Shown piece after piece: positions 33,246-44,705 of a DNA stretch of 64,000 nt. The notes under the pieces were generated by a model. It ran no database searches. It was given only the letters and a program-made list of their open reading frames with translations, and was not told where the DNA came from. How positions within the stretch are numbered: the stretch's first letter is position 1; each line of letters begins with the position of its first letter. The position numbers and the translations under genes are program-made. Origin of the DNA: an uncultured Verrucomicrobiota bacterium (GTDB taxonomy: Bacteria > Verrucomicrobiota > Kiritimatiellia > RFP12 > UBA3636); NCBI GenBank assembly GCA_937911295.1, contig CALDQE010000026.1, positions 3,324 to 67,323 on the forward strand. The letters are read 5' to 3'.

Positions 33246-33333
33246 GGGGAGTGGTGTAGTGGTGTATAGCTTTGGCTGATATGTGAGCTATGTGCCACTG
33301 CATGCCTATCCCTACAGCTTTGTTCAACATGCT

Positions 33334-33372
33334 ATGGTGCGAAAGCAATCCGCTTCGCACCATTATTATTTT
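33334..33372 (+). terminator. rho-independent terminator
   Basis: 10-bp stem ATGGTGCGAA (33334-33343) pairs with TTCGCACCAT (33354-33363), followed by TATTATTTT. Confidence 0.65.
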
Positions 33373-33474
33373 AGTATGTATAGCACGCACAGTACCACAG
33401 GTCTGCCCAGTTTTATGTCTCAGAATGTGTCATTGTGGCACATATAATAAAACTTTTTTGATTGATTTTGCAGT

Positions 33475-33495
33475 TGGCACACCTTTTGCTATATT
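33475..33495 (+). promoter_or_regulatory. dnaK promoter: a sigma-54-type -24/-12 element overlapping an extended -10 sigma-70 element
   Basis: TGGCAC (33475-33480), then ACCTT, then TTGC (33486-33489), with canonical GG/GC spacing. The same bases read as TGcTATATT (33487-33495). Confidence 0.4.
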
Positions 33496-33546
33496 ATTGG
33501 CAAAGTCACAACCGTGACACAGAATTTTCAAAGAAAGGTATAAATT

Positions 33547-35454
33547 ATGTCAAAGATTCTAGGTATTGACCTTGGTACAACAAATTCATGTATGGCAGTT
33601 ATGGAGGGCGGTGAGCCAGTAGTTATCCCAAATGCAGAGGGGCAGCGCACAACTCCATCTATCGTTGCTTTTGCAAAGGATGGTTCTCGTCTAGTTGGTC
33701 AGGCAGCAAAGCGTCAGGCTGTAACTAACCCAAAGAACACAATCTTCTCAATTAAGCGCTTTATGGGTCGCCGCTTCGATGAGGTTGCTCACGAGTGCAC
33801 TCTTGTTCCTTACGAAGTCGTAAAGGCAAAGAATGGAGATGCCGCTATTAAGGTTGGCGATAACACTTATTCTCCTCCAGAGATTTCTTCTATGATTCTT
33901 CAGAAGCTAAAGACAGATGCTGAAGCATATCTTGGAGAAAAGATTACTCAGGCTGTTATCACAGTTCCTGCATACTTTAACGACTCCCAGCGTCAAGCAA
34001 CAAAGGATGCTGGCCGTATCGCCGGTCTGGAGGTTCTACGTATTGTTAATGAGCCAACAGCAGCTTCTCTAGCTTATGGTTTGGATAAGAAATCAGAGGA
34101 AACAATCGCAGTTTATGACTTTGGTGGTGGTACCTTTGATATCTCCATCTTGGAAATCGGCGAGGGCGTTTTCGAGGTAAAAGCAACTAATGGTGATACA
34201 CACTTGGGTGGTGATGATCTAGATGATGTTGTTATCCGTTGGTTAGTTGATGAATTTAAGAAAGAAAATGGCATTGACCTATCTCAGGACCCAATGGCTA
34301 AGCAGCGTCTAAAGGAAGCTGCTGAGAAGGCAAAGTGCGAGCTTTCTTCTGCACCTTCAACCGATATTAACCTACCATTTATCACAATGGATGCTACTGG
34401 TCCTAAGCACCTAGCTGTAACCCTATCTCGTGCTAAGCTCGAGCAGCTCTGCGAGGATATGATTCAGCGTGCTGCAACTCCTTGCCGCAACTGCATGAGA
34501 GATGCTGGTGTAAGCTCTATCGATGAGGTTATCCTTGTTGGTGGTTCAACACGTATGCCACGTATCCAAGAGCTTGCAAAGGAAATCTTCGGTAAAGAGC
34601 CTCATAAGGGTGTAAATCCAGACGAGGTTGTAGGCGTTGGTGCTGCTATCCAGGGCGGTATCCTAAAGGGCGAGGTTAAGGATGTTCTTCTTCTTGACGT
34701 AACTCCTCTAACTCTAGGTATCGAGACACTTGGTGGCGTATTCACTCCTCTAATCGAGCGCAATACAACAATTCCTACTAAGAAGTCTGAGGTATTCTCA
34801 ACAGCTTCTGATAATCAGCCTTCTGTAGATATCAAGATTTACCAGGGTGAGAGAAAGTTTGCTCGCGATAATAAGCTTCTAGGTAACTTCCAGCTTGATG
34901 GTATCCCACCTGCACCACGTGGTGTCCCTCAGATTGAGGTAACATTTGACCTTGATGCTAATGGTATCCTAAATGTTACTGCTCATGATAAGGGCACAGG
35001 TAAAGAGCAGAAGATCACAATCACTGCTTCATCTGGTCTATCTGAAGAAGAGGTAAAACGCATGGTTCGCGATGCTGAAGCTCATGCTGATGAGGATTCA
35101 AAGAAGCGCGAAGCAGTTGATACACGCAACCAGGCTGAGTCTATGGCTTACCAGGTAGAGAAGGCTCTAAAGGAAAATGGCGATAAGATTGATGCCGATA
35201 AGAAGGCAAAGGTTGAGGCCGCTATTGAGGACCTAAAGAATGCTCTAAAGGGTGATGATATTGATGCAATTAAGGCAAAGCAAGAAGCTCTTACTAATGA
35301 GATGAATGCTGTTGCTGAGCAGATGTATGCTTCTCAAGGTGCAGCAGGTCAAGGCCCTGATGCTGGTGCAACTCCTCCACCACAGGAGGATGCTTCTTCA
35401 AGCAAGAAGAATGATGAGAAGGTTGTTGATGCTGACTTCGAAATGAAGGACTAA
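33547..35454 (+). CDS. dnaK: molecular chaperone DnaK (Hsp70)
   Basis: [13 protein letters not shown]-type N-terminus, DLGGGTFD, and the overall Hsp70 sequence. Confidence 0.97.
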   Translation: MSKILGIDLGTTNSCMAVMEGGEPVVIPNAEGQRTTPSIVAFAKDGSRLVGQAAKRQAVTNPKNTIFSIKRFMGRRFDEVAHECTLVPYEVVKAKNGDAAIKVGDNTYSPPEISSMILQKLKTDAEAYLGEKITQAVITVPAYFNDSQRQATKDAGRIAGLEVLRIVNEPTAASLAYGLDKKSEETIAVYDFGGGTFDISILEIGEGVFEVKATNGDTHLGGDDLDDVVIRWLVDEFKKENGIDLSQDPMAKQRLKEAAEKAKCELSSAPSTDINLPFITMDATGPKHLAVTLSRAKLEQLCEDMIQRAATPCRNCMRDAGVSSIDEVILVGGSTRMPRIQELAKEIFGKEPHKGVNPDEVVGVGAAIQGGILKGEVKDVLLLDVTPLTLGIETLGGVFTPLIERNTTIPTKKSEVFSTASDNQPSVDIKIYQGERKFARDNKLLGNFQLDGIPPAPRGVPQIEVTFDLDANGILNVTAHDKGTGKEQKITITASSGLSEEEVKRMVRDAEAHADEDSKKREAVDTRNQAESMAYQVEKALKENGDKIDADKKAKVEAAIEDLKNALKGDDIDAIKAKQEALTNEMNAVAEQMYASQGAAGQGPDAGATPPPQEDASSSKKNDEKVVDADFEMKD

Positions 35455-35486
35455 GCTCTTCCTTAATTATCCGTACCACAATGTTG

Positions 35487-35520
35487 GCTGTGGCGCAAAA
35501 TTGCACCACAGCTAGCTTTT
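35487..35520 (+). terminator. candidate terminator after dnaK
   Basis: GCTGTGG (35487-35493) pairs with CCACAGC (35506-35512), with an inner GCA/TGC pair. A short T-run follows after 4 nt. Confidence 0.5.
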
Positions 35521-35606
35521 AAATAATTTCTAATTTTAAATAACACTAATCAATTAAGTATATGCTCACCTCTAATTTGGAGGCTGACATTACAGGAGAA
35601 ATACAA

Positions 35607-35891
35607 ATGAAAATCAGACCACTAGGTGATAGAGTTCTTGTAGAACCAGTTGAAATCAAAGAGCAGATCAAGGGCGGTATCTTTATTCCTGATACAGCTA
35701 AAGAAAAGCCACAGGAGGGCAAGGTTGTTGCTCTAGGTATTAAGCGCGATGAGGCTGGCAAGGAGTTGCCTTTCGATGTTAAGGTTGGCGACACAGTTCT
35801 AATGCCAAAATACGGCGGCACAGAGGTAAAAATGGGCGATAAAACATACCAAATCGTTCGTGAAGAGGATATCCTCGGAGTAATTGACTAA
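35607..35891 (+). CDS. groES: co-chaperonin GroES
   Basis: [14 protein letters not shown]..., with AGGAGA 7 nt upstream. The longer ORF from 35562 is unlikely to be real. Confidence 0.95.
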   Translation: MKIRPLGDRVLVEPVEIKEQIKGGIFIPDTAKEKPQEGKVVALGIKRDEAGKELPFDVKVGDTVLMPKYGGTEVKMGDKTYQIVREEDILGVID

Positions 35892-35963
35892 TTTCTAACG
35901 CAAACAAAAAATTTACATTTGCACTCTGCCACAAATCAGTTGATTATTAAGGCAGATGCATGA

Positions 35964-37616
<1,653 letters not shown>

Positions 37617-37620
37617 TAGT

Positions 37621-37657
37621 AAAAAAAAGCGTGGGCTTCGGCTCACGCTTTTTTTTT
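37621..37657 (+). terminator. rho-independent terminator after groEL
   Basis: A-run, then GCGTGGGC (37629-37636), loop TTCG, GCTCACGC (37641-37648), then a T9 run. Confidence 0.85.
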
Positions 37658-37791
37658 CTAGCATACGGCATATGCTATTCAATTTATTGGTTATTAGCTG
37701 TTGATACGTGACTTCATTGAAAACCACACTACGTGTGCTTTGCGTCTCTATGGAAGACTAACCAAGTTTTCTCCGCCAAACTTAGGATAAA

Positions 37792-37886
37792 CGTCATTTT
37801 TCGTCACTTGTGCCAATTTATAACCGTCATTTTTCGTCACTTATACCAATTTATAACCGTCATTTTTCGTTACTTAAATGTTGACA
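37792..37886 (+). repeat. 33-bp tandem repeat x2.9 (CGTCATTTTTCGTCACTTrTrCCAATTTATAAC), iteron-like
   Basis: Units at 37792-37824, 37825-37857 and 37858-37886 (partial). Each contains CGTCA-N5-CGTCA. The last unit runs into a TTGACA -35 box. Confidence 0.9.
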
Positions 37887-37909
37887 TTCTTTATAAAATA
37901 TTGCATAAT
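37881..37909 (+). promoter_or_regulatory. candidate sigma-70 promoter of the ATPase gene
   Basis: TTGACA (37881-37886), a 17-nt spacer, then CATAAT (37904-37909). Confidence 0.45.
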
Positions 37910-37944
37910 AATGGCTTATAAATAGATGTATAGGAGTTGAATGT

Positions 37945-39264
37945 ATGTATATTTTACGCAAGATAGATGAAGCATTATTAGAGTGGAAGAATGATGATTC
38001 TCATAAGCCCCTTCTTTTACGAGGGGCAAGACAAGTCGGCAAGACAACTGCTGTACGCCAGTTGGCTAAATCATTTGAACATTACATTGAGGTTAATTTT
38101 GAATCAGATCGTTCAATACATTCCATTTTTAATGAAGATATAGAAATCGATGTCATACTTCAGCAAATAGAATTTAAATATCGTAAACCAGTAAAAGCTG
38201 GAAAAACTTTAATATTTTTTGATGAAATTCAGGAATGTCCTCGGGCTATTACTGCCTTAAGGTTTTTTTATGAAAAAGTACAAAATATTCATGTTATAGC
38301 AGCTGGTTCACTTTTAGAATTTGTGTTTGACGAGATTTCAGATTTTGGCGTGGGACGCATACGTAATTTATATGTATATCCATTATCTTTTGCAGAGTTT
38401 GTTAATGCATTAGGAAATAATCGGGCGTTTCAATTTGTTGAAAATGCTTCATTTGATAATCCATTGCCGGACTTAGTTCATAAAAGCTTATTAGAAGATT
38501 TAAAGAAATACATGGTAATTGGGGGTATGCCTGCTGTTGTACACAAATATATACAAACACAAAATCTATTGGAGGTACAAAAGGAGCAGGATGATATTTT
38601 AGTTACCCTAAAGGAAGATTTTAGTAAATATAAAAGAAGAGTATCACCTGAAATTATACGTGAAACCCTTCATTCTATTGCAATGCAAACTGGAGGCAAA
38701 TTTACATATACAAACTCATTGTTAGGTTTGTCGTATAAACAATCGAAAGAATGTGTAAATCTTCTTGAGAGAAGCAAATTAGTTGTTAATATAGAGTGTT
38801 GTTATGCTAATGGAGTTCCTTTAGGTGGAGATATAAAACCTAAAATGAGTAAGCTATTGATGCTTGACGTTGGGTTATATTTAAGAGAGTGTGCGTTAGA
38901 TGTGTCGGAATGGATTTTAGATGCTCCAGAAAAATTTATTTCTAGGGGGGCATTAGCTGAGATGTTTGTTGGGTTAGAGCTTAAGAAGAATGGAACACCA
39001 TTTACGAATAATGAGTTATTCTATTGGCGACGTGATATCCAAGGATCATCAGCAGAGGTCGATTATATGGTACAACACCGAAATACATTATTACCAATTG
39101 AGGTAAAGAGTGGAGTAAGAGGATCAATGAAGAGCTTGCGACTTCTGATGGAGGAAAAAAAGATTGCACAAGCATTAAGGGTTTCAGAAGAAAACTTTTC
39201 GACCTTAGGTGATATAAAAATATTACCAATATATCTTGTAGGACAATGGCAAAAATTTATGTAA
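37945..39264 (+). CDS. AAA-type ATPase with DUF4143-like C-terminal domain
   Basis: Walker A GARQVGKTT, Walker B LIFFDEIQ, and a C-terminal SSAEVDYMV...PIEVKSG (restriction-endonuclease-like fold typical of DUF4143 proteins). AGGAG lies 8 nt upstream. Confidence 0.85.
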   Translation: MYILRKIDEALLEWKNDDSHKPLLLRGARQVGKTTAVRQLAKSFEHYIEVNFESDRSIHSIFNEDIEIDVILQQIEFKYRKPVKAGKTLIFFDEIQECPRAITALRFFYEKVQNIHVIAAGSLLEFVFDEISDFGVGRIRNLYVYPLSFAEFVNALGNNRAFQFVENASFDNPLPDLVHKSLLEDLKKYMVIGGMPAVVHKYIQTQNLLEVQKEQDDILVTLKEDFSKYKRRVSPEIIRETLHSIAMQTGGKFTYTNSLLGLSYKQSKECVNLLERSKLVVNIECCYANGVPLGGDIKPKMSKLLMLDVGLYLRECALDVSEWILDAPEKFISRGALAEMFVGLELKKNGTPFTNNELFYWRRDIQGSSAEVDYMVQHRNTLLPIEVKSGVRGSMKSLRLLMEEKKIAQALRVSEENFSTLGDIKILPIYLVGQWQKFM

Positions 39265-39374
39265 TAATTTAGATAGAAAACTCCTAAGACTGCTGCTAAT
39301 AAATCTAAATCCTAATTATAGGATTTGTTGTATAGTACCCGAGCACTAGCGACAGGGAACCCCGCACTTTAAGC

Positions 39375-39425
39375 CCCCACGATAGAGTTGAGTTTTTATC
39401 GTGGGGTTGTGGCTCTGTCCCCAAC
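39375..39425. repeat. tandem hairpins between convergent genes, including dispersed hairpin module copy 2
   Basis: CCCCACGATA (39375-39384) pairs with TATCGTGGGG (39397-39406). The 29-mer TATCGTGGGGTTGTGGCTCTGTCCCCAAC (39397-39425) matches 2346-2374. Confidence 0.8.
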
Positions 39426-39445
39426 CAAGCATGTGCAGCAAAGGG

Positions 39446-41023
39446 CTATTTTGCGTATTCGATGCAGCGGTTTTCACGAATTACAACAACTTTCACCTGA
39501 CCAGGATATTTTACCTCAAGCTGTATCCGGCGGGCTATCTCCTTGGCAAGATTCATTGCCTGACTGTCTGTCGTTTCTGTCGGATCAACTATAACATTAA
39601 TCTCACGACCCGCTTGAATTGCATAGCTGCTCTTGGTCTGCTTGAAGGAGTTGGCTATCTTTTCCATCTTCTCTACACGCTCAAGATATAACGAGGTGCT
39701 CTCACTGCGTGCACCTGGTCGAGATGAAGAAATTGCATCAGCAATTGATACTATTATTGCATATCGCGTTACATTTGTGACCTCACCATGATGTCCGGCA
39801 ACGCCCGCAATGATCTCCTCCGGCTGATTTAATTTGCGCAAGAAATCTGCTCCAATAGCTGCATGTGGTCCCTGAATCTCATGGTCAAGTGCCTTGCCAA
39901 TATCGTGTAATAAACCAATGCGACGAGCAATTGTCGCATCTAAATGTAGCTCTGTCGCAATCAATCCAGCAAGATTTGCTACCTCAATGCTGTGCTGCAA
40001 TACATTTTGCGTAAAGCTTGTACGGAAATAAAGCCGACCCAATTTGTTTAAAAGCTGCTTGTCGTTCTCAACAATGTTTGCCTTCGCACATGCCTTCGCA
40101 CCAATCTCATTGAGATGTGTGTCAAAGTTCTCTGTTACAGAGCGAACCATCTCTTCAATCTTCTGAACAGTAATCGTGCCACCGGCAATAAGCTTCTCTA
40201 GTACAATGCCAGCTAGCTCGCGACGCTCAGGGGAAAGCGAGGAAACAGTTACAGAATTAGGTGAATCGTCAATAATAATGTTTACTCCAGTGGCAGCCTC
40301 AAGTGCACGAATATTCTTGCCCTCACGTCCAATAATCTTGCCCTTTACCGTTTGATCATCAAAGGATACAGTGCGAAGCATTAAGTCAGTAATGTGAGAG
40401 GCAGAGTAGCGCTGCATCGCAGGAATAATAATCTCACGAGCTAGCTCCTCGGTATTCTCTTTAAGGGTTTCCTTCTCTCGCTTAATAAGTGTGGCGAGAT
40501 CCTCCTCAAGCTCCTTCTTCGCTTCTTCAAAAAGCTCTTTCTTTGCTTCCTCACGTGTAAAGCGAGCGAGCCTCTGAAGCTTGTCAGTCGCCTCATTTGC
40601 TATTGAATTTGCCTTTTCTTCGCGTGCCTTTACCTCTGAGCTCTGCTTATCCAAATCATTTTGACGCTTGTCTAAAATGGCCTCTTTTTTGTTAATTAAA
40701 TCCGCCTTGCTATTAAGATTTTGCTCACGAGAGAGAAGAATCTCTTCACGCTTAGAAATAGAGTCCTGCTCCTTAATGAGCTGCTTCTTTTGCTCGCGAG
40801 TAGTTGCTTCAAAGGTTTCACGTGCTTTAATTGCAGCTGTCTTTGCCTGGATTTGTGCAGCACGAATAATATTGGCTGCTTCACGCTCAGCATCAAGCTT
40901 GGCATTAGCAGAATTTTTCTTAATTGAAGAAAGAGAATTCTTTATAAAAATAGATCTTAATTGATATCCAATAAAGGTGCCGATGATAAGACCAGAAAAT
41001 GCGGCTACTAGAACTTGTGTCAT
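39446..41023 (-). CDS. rny: ribonuclease Y
   Basis: N-terminal transmembrane helix, a long coiled coil, a KH domain (GKIIGREGKNIRALE), and an HD domain (LLHDIGKA). Confidence 0.93.
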   Translation of the reverse strand: MTQVLVAAFSGLIIGTFIGYQLRSIFIKNSLSSIKKNSANAKLDAEREAANIIRAAQIQAKTAAIKARETFEATTREQKKQLIKEQDSISKREEILLSREQNLNSKADLINKKEAILDKRQNDLDKQSSEVKAREEKANSIANEATDKLQRLARFTREEAKKELFEEAKKELEEDLATLIKREKETLKENTEELAREIIIPAMQRYSASHITDLMLRTVSFDDQTVKGKIIGREGKNIRALEAATGVNIIIDDSPNSVTVSSLSPERRELAGIVLEKLIAGGTITVQKIEEMVRSVTENFDTHLNEIGAKACAKANIVENDKQLLNKLGRLYFRTSFTQNVLQHSIEVANLAGLIATELHLDATIARRIGLLHDIGKALDHEIQGPHAAIGADFLRKLNQPEEIIAGVAGHHGEVTNVTRYAIIVSIADAISSSRPGARSESTSLYLERVEKMEKIANSFKQTKSSYAIQAGREINVIVDPTETTDSQAMNLAKEIARRIQLEVKYPGQVKVVVIRENRCIEYAK

Positions 41024-41060
41024 TTTGATTACCTGTTAAATTTTTTGGGGTTAAAATATA

Positions 41061-42506
41061 TTAAATTCGCTTTAAAATAGGAGCAATAAAAATTAAACCT
41101 ATGAGAAGAATAACTAATGGGAGAAAAACTGCAAGCTTAATTGCTAGATCAGACCATTGGTCTGCTGCTATACCAGAATTTAAAATAGTGGATTGTGCAG
41201 GGATAATTTTGTTTGTATCAGCATTACCCTTTAGCCATTCAATAGCAGAGAAAAGAAATAGCTTGTTGCCAGAAATGCCCTGACCAACCATAGCATTAGA
41301 TATAATTGAGGCATCGCCACAAACAACAATGCGAGTGCTTTGACGCTTACCAAATTCATTTGGCTTACCCAATTCAATGGCAGCAGCAATGATATTAAGT
41401 CCGTCAGCCTGGTCAGCGGAGCTTGGTTCAGAAAGAATCAAAGGGATAAATTGAGGCTTATCTGCTTGTTCTGTGGTTTTATTTCCATATAAATCAGTTG
41501 CTTGAGTGAGGAAGCAGGGATTGGAGAATGTTGTAGCGATATTTTTAAGAGGCTTTGTAATTTGATGATTGTTATAAATGGTAGTTGTAATAGGGGTTAT
41601 ATTAAAGTGAGAGTCCAGGTTTTTTCTGACAAGCTGCACATTCCAGCGATTAAGCAGAGAGGATAAACCATTTGCGTATTCGGAGTCGAGCAAGAATAGG
41701 GCACTGCCACCATTGCTCAAATAAGTTGAGATAGCATTTATTTCGGTTTCTGAGAAAATCGTTGTAGGTCCAGCAATAATAAGGCTATCGCAATCCTTAG
41801 GGATTTTCATTTCATTTGTAAGGCTTAGCGTTTCGATATCATTGTCATACAATTCGAAAAGCTGGGCGATATTAGAAGCACCAGTATGTCTATCTACGCT
41901 AGAGGGGTCATATTCTCCGTGACCGCTGAGGAAATATAGTTTTGAAGACTCAGTGCGAAGAAGTTTATGGATAGCAAGCGTGCAAACAGATTCGCCGATA
42001 AATTGAGATGCAGGGTTGGTTGGTGTATCAGAGGAGTCTATGGGCATATTAGATAGTTCATCCTCGGAAATGCAGTGATATTCGATTCCGCGGGCAATAA
42101 TGATAGAGTTTACTGCAACATCGTATTTTTTTAGGATATCTGCGGTTTCAGTGATATCGAGATTTGCATCAATAATTTGTGTATTGATAGTAAGGCTAGG
42201 GATTTGGGTAGAAATTTCCTCATATTCCTTTAGAAGGCGTCTCGCTGGCTTTCTAAATGGGTGGGAGCGTTCAAACAAAGAGATGATTGTAATTTCGCCT
42301 CTAGTTTCACGCAGAATATCAATAGATTGCTGGCTTAGCTCTTGAGGGACGAGGGAATCGTAGTGGTATCTAACATAGATTCTTGAAGAACAAAAGTTAA
42401 CAAGAAGCAAAAGAACAAAAGCAAAAACGACAGAAAGGAAGACATTGAGTTTAAAAAAAGCAATGCTTCGTTTAATATTGTTGTCTTTACTTTTGTTCTT
42501 CTTCAT
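41061..42506 (-). CDS. GldG-like ABC-transport auxiliary component (ABC_transp_aux family)
   Basis: Transmembrane helices at the N- and C-termini. LYFLSGHGE and LIIAGPTTIFSETEINAISTYLSNGGSALFLLD resemble GldG-family motifs. Confidence 0.55.
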   Translation of the reverse strand: MKKNKSKDNNIKRSIAFFKLNVFLSVVFAFVLLLLVNFCSSRIYVRYHYDSLVPQELSQQSIDILRETRGEITIISLFERSHPFRKPARRLLKEYEEISTQIPSLTINTQIIDANLDITETADILKKYDVAVNSIIIARGIEYHCISEDELSNMPIDSSDTPTNPASQFIGESVCTLAIHKLLRTESSKLYFLSGHGEYDPSSVDRHTGASNIAQLFELYDNDIETLSLTNEMKIPKDCDSLIIAGPTTIFSETEINAISTYLSNGGSALFLLDSEYANGLSSLLNRWNVQLVRKNLDSHFNITPITTTIYNNHQITKPLKNIATTFSNPCFLTQATDLYGNKTTEQADKPQFIPLILSEPSSADQADGLNIIAAAIELGKPNEFGKRQSTRIVVCGDASIISNAMVGQGISGNKLFLFSAIEWLKGNADTNKIIPAQSTILNSGIAADQWSDLAIKLAVFLPLVILLIGLIFIAPILKRI

Positions 42507-42564
42507 ATATTTATAATAGTATTAGAAAGGTTAGATATTTAAGGAACTAAAATGGTGTGCTTGC

Positions 42565-43209
42565 TTAGAACTTTGCAGCGAAGCATTGAGCCAGCTTAGT
42601 GCCACCCTCTTCTGTGAGGTGAAGTCCATCAGAATTAAGTAGGCCAGCACCATCACCAAAGGAAGCACGAACATTAGCTAGAGCAACGCCCTCTTCATTA
42701 GCAACCTGGATAATAGCATTTGAGATGCGCTCACCAGCAGCATTAAAAATCTCGTGCTCACCAACCATTACAGGGATAGTTGCGACAATAGGGATTGATT
42801 TATTGTTTTTGCATGCATGAATCATAGCACGAATATTTTCTGCAACAACACCAGCATCTACACCATGAATTGCATCATTGCTACCAAACATAATGCAAAC
42901 ATAGGCGGGTTTAGATGCAAGAGCAGATTTTACCATAGAGATACCCTCGTTAGATTTCTTTCCACCAACGCCATAGTTAGAGACATTTTTTGAAATCATG
43001 CCAGAAAGACGAGAAGGGTAAGGAGCACCATCACAACTGTAGCCTTCAGTTAAGCTATCACCGACGCAGGCTACCAAATTGGGGTTGTTGTCACCGATAT
43101 CACCAGAGACACCACCATCGCCATCTCCTCCACTATCACAGCCAGTGTTAAAAAGTAGAGAGAGAAGCATTGTAGATATGCACACAATTTGTTTGGCTTT
43201 TAGTTTCAT
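42565..43209 (-). CDS. SGNH/GDSL hydrolase family lipoprotein
   Basis: Lipobox LFNTGC; block I GDSLTEG, block III FGSNDA, block V DGLHLT. Confidence 0.8.
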   Translation of the reverse strand: MKLKAKQIVCISTMLLSLLFNTGCDSGGDGDGGVSGDIGDNNPNLVACVGDSLTEGYSCDGAPYPSRLSGMISKNVSNYGVGGKKSNEGISMVKSALASKPAYVCIMFGSNDAIHGVDAGVVAENIRAMIHACKNNKSIPIVATIPVMVGEHEIFNAAGERISNAIIQVANEEGVALANVRASFGDGAGLLNSDGLHLTEEGGTKLAQCFAAKF

Positions 43210-43242
43210 TTTTATCCTTAATAATATAATTAGTTATAATGC

Positions 43243-43974
43243 TTATTGTCCGCGCTCTAATCTAGCGGCTAGGCGTTCCGGTAATCTTGCTGCTCGGATA
43301 CGTGCTTGTGCAGAAGAGACATCGTAGGCGATGCGTCTAAAAATGACTTGCTTACTATCTGGGCAGAAAATGCAGTAAGATGACATTGGGTTTCCATCGC
43401 GAGGTTGCCCAACACTTCCAGTATTTACAAAATACTTTTTACCTAATTCAAGGTGGAAATCCTGTGGAGGGAGTTGCTCTACCATAGGACCATGTTTTTT
43501 GAATACAGTAGGGACATGAGTGTGCCCATGGAAGCATAACTGTGTATTCTGGTAATTAAGATGAGATTCGGCATCAATAGAGTCAAAAACATATCCCCAG
43601 CGTTCAGGCATATCGAGAGTGCTATGAACTAGAGTGATATTTTTATTGATTACACTATATGGTAGTTTTTTAAGCCACTCAATATTTTCTGTTGTTAGCT
43701 CACGACGAGTCCATTCAACAACATTGGCTGCTACGGGGTGAAAATCATCAAGCGATTCATCGAAGGCACAGTAATGATCGTGGTTACCACAGACGGTAAT
43801 AGATGCTTGTTTTTTTATAATTTCCATACATTCATTGGGAGTGGCATTGTAGCCAACCACATCACCAACGCATAGGAAGTCAGTAACTTCCTGTGCATTG
43901 GCATCCTCGAGCACAGCATTAAGTGCATCGATATTGGCGTGAATGTCTCCTAGAATGGCAATTTTCTTTTCCAT
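43243..43974 (-). CDS. metallophosphoesterase family protein
   Basis: ILGDIHAN, GDVVGY, GNHDH and GHTH motifs. Confidence 0.85.
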   Translation of the reverse strand: MEKKIAILGDIHANIDALNAVLEDANAQEVTDFLCVGDVVGYNATPNECMEIIKKQASITVCGNHDHYCAFDESLDDFHPVAANVVEWTRRELTTENIEWLKKLPYSVINKNITLVHSTLDMPERWGYVFDSIDAESHLNYQNTQLCFHGHTHVPTVFKKHGPMVEQLPPQDFHLELGKKYFVNTGSVGQPRDGNPMSSYCIFCPDSKQVIFRRIAYDVSSAQARIRAARLPERLAARLERGQ

Positions 43975-43981
43975 AATTAAT

Positions 43982-44665
43982 TTATGCTTGCATTCCTAAT
44001 AAGAGGGCAGCGATATGTAGGTCCTCTGGAACCGTAATTTTTATATTAGGGAAACGGCTAGGAATTAAGTGAACTTTCTCGCCAAGCTTTTCAACGGCAC
44101 TAGCTTCGTCTGTAATAGTTTCATCATTGATATCGACAGCATCAAAAGCACGTGACAACAGATCAAACTTAAAGGTTTGAGGGGTTTGAACAGTCCAGAT
44201 TTTGCTGCGGTCAAGGGTTGAAGAAACAGTTTGACCTTTTTCAACTAGCTTAACGGTATCAGTCATGTGTTGTGCTGCGATACCAGAGCCATTGCGTTTA
44301 GCGGATTTAATAGTTTCGGAGATTAGGGCAGGGGTGATGCAAGGGCGAGCAGCATCATGTACGCAAACGATTGTGGTATCTGGGTCACATTCCTTCATAC
44401 CATTGCGAACAGATGCCTGGCGGCAAGAACCGCCAGGAACAACTGCTTGCACCTTTCGGCAGCCGAACAAACGTGCGACGCCTTGGGTTGCAATTACCTG
44501 ATCCTTACGAACAACAACAATGATTGCATCAATGTCTGAGCATGCTTCAAATGCCATCAATGAATATGCTAATACAGGCTTTGGTCCTAGGCTTAAAAAG
44601 GCCTTGTCTACCTTGCCACCCATTCTCTCACTTTTCCCTGCTGCAACAATAATTGCTGTGTTCAT
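43982..44665 (-). CDS. ispD: 2-C-methyl-D-erythritol 4-phosphate cytidylyltransferase
   Basis: AIIVAAGKSERMG, VHDAARP and VQTPQTF motifs. Confidence 0.9.
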   Translation of the reverse strand: MNTAIIVAAGKSERMGGKVDKAFLSLGPKPVLAYSLMAFEACSDIDAIIVVVRKDQVIATQGVARLFGCRKVQAVVPGGSCRQASVRNGMKECDPDTTIVCVHDAARPCITPALISETIKSAKRNGSGIAAQHMTDTVKLVEKGQTVSSTLDRSKIWTVQTPQTFKFDLLSRAFDAVDINDETITDEASAVEKLGEKVHLIPSRFPNIKITVPEDLHIAALLLGMQA

Positions 44666-44705
44666 AATGATCTCCTTTTAAATATGTTATAACTGAATTA
44701 ACAGA

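Noticed and set aside
35087-35112. Hammerhead-like CUGAUGAG...CGAA string.
   Set aside because: It lies in-frame inside the conserved dnaK coding sequence, and the required stems I and III are absent. It is a chance match.
35491-35505. Second sigma-54-like motif, TGGCGC-AAAA-TTGCA, upstream of groES.
   Set aside because: The GG-to-GC spacing is one base short. The sequence forms the two arms of the dnaK terminator hairpin (GCTGTGG...CCACAGC).
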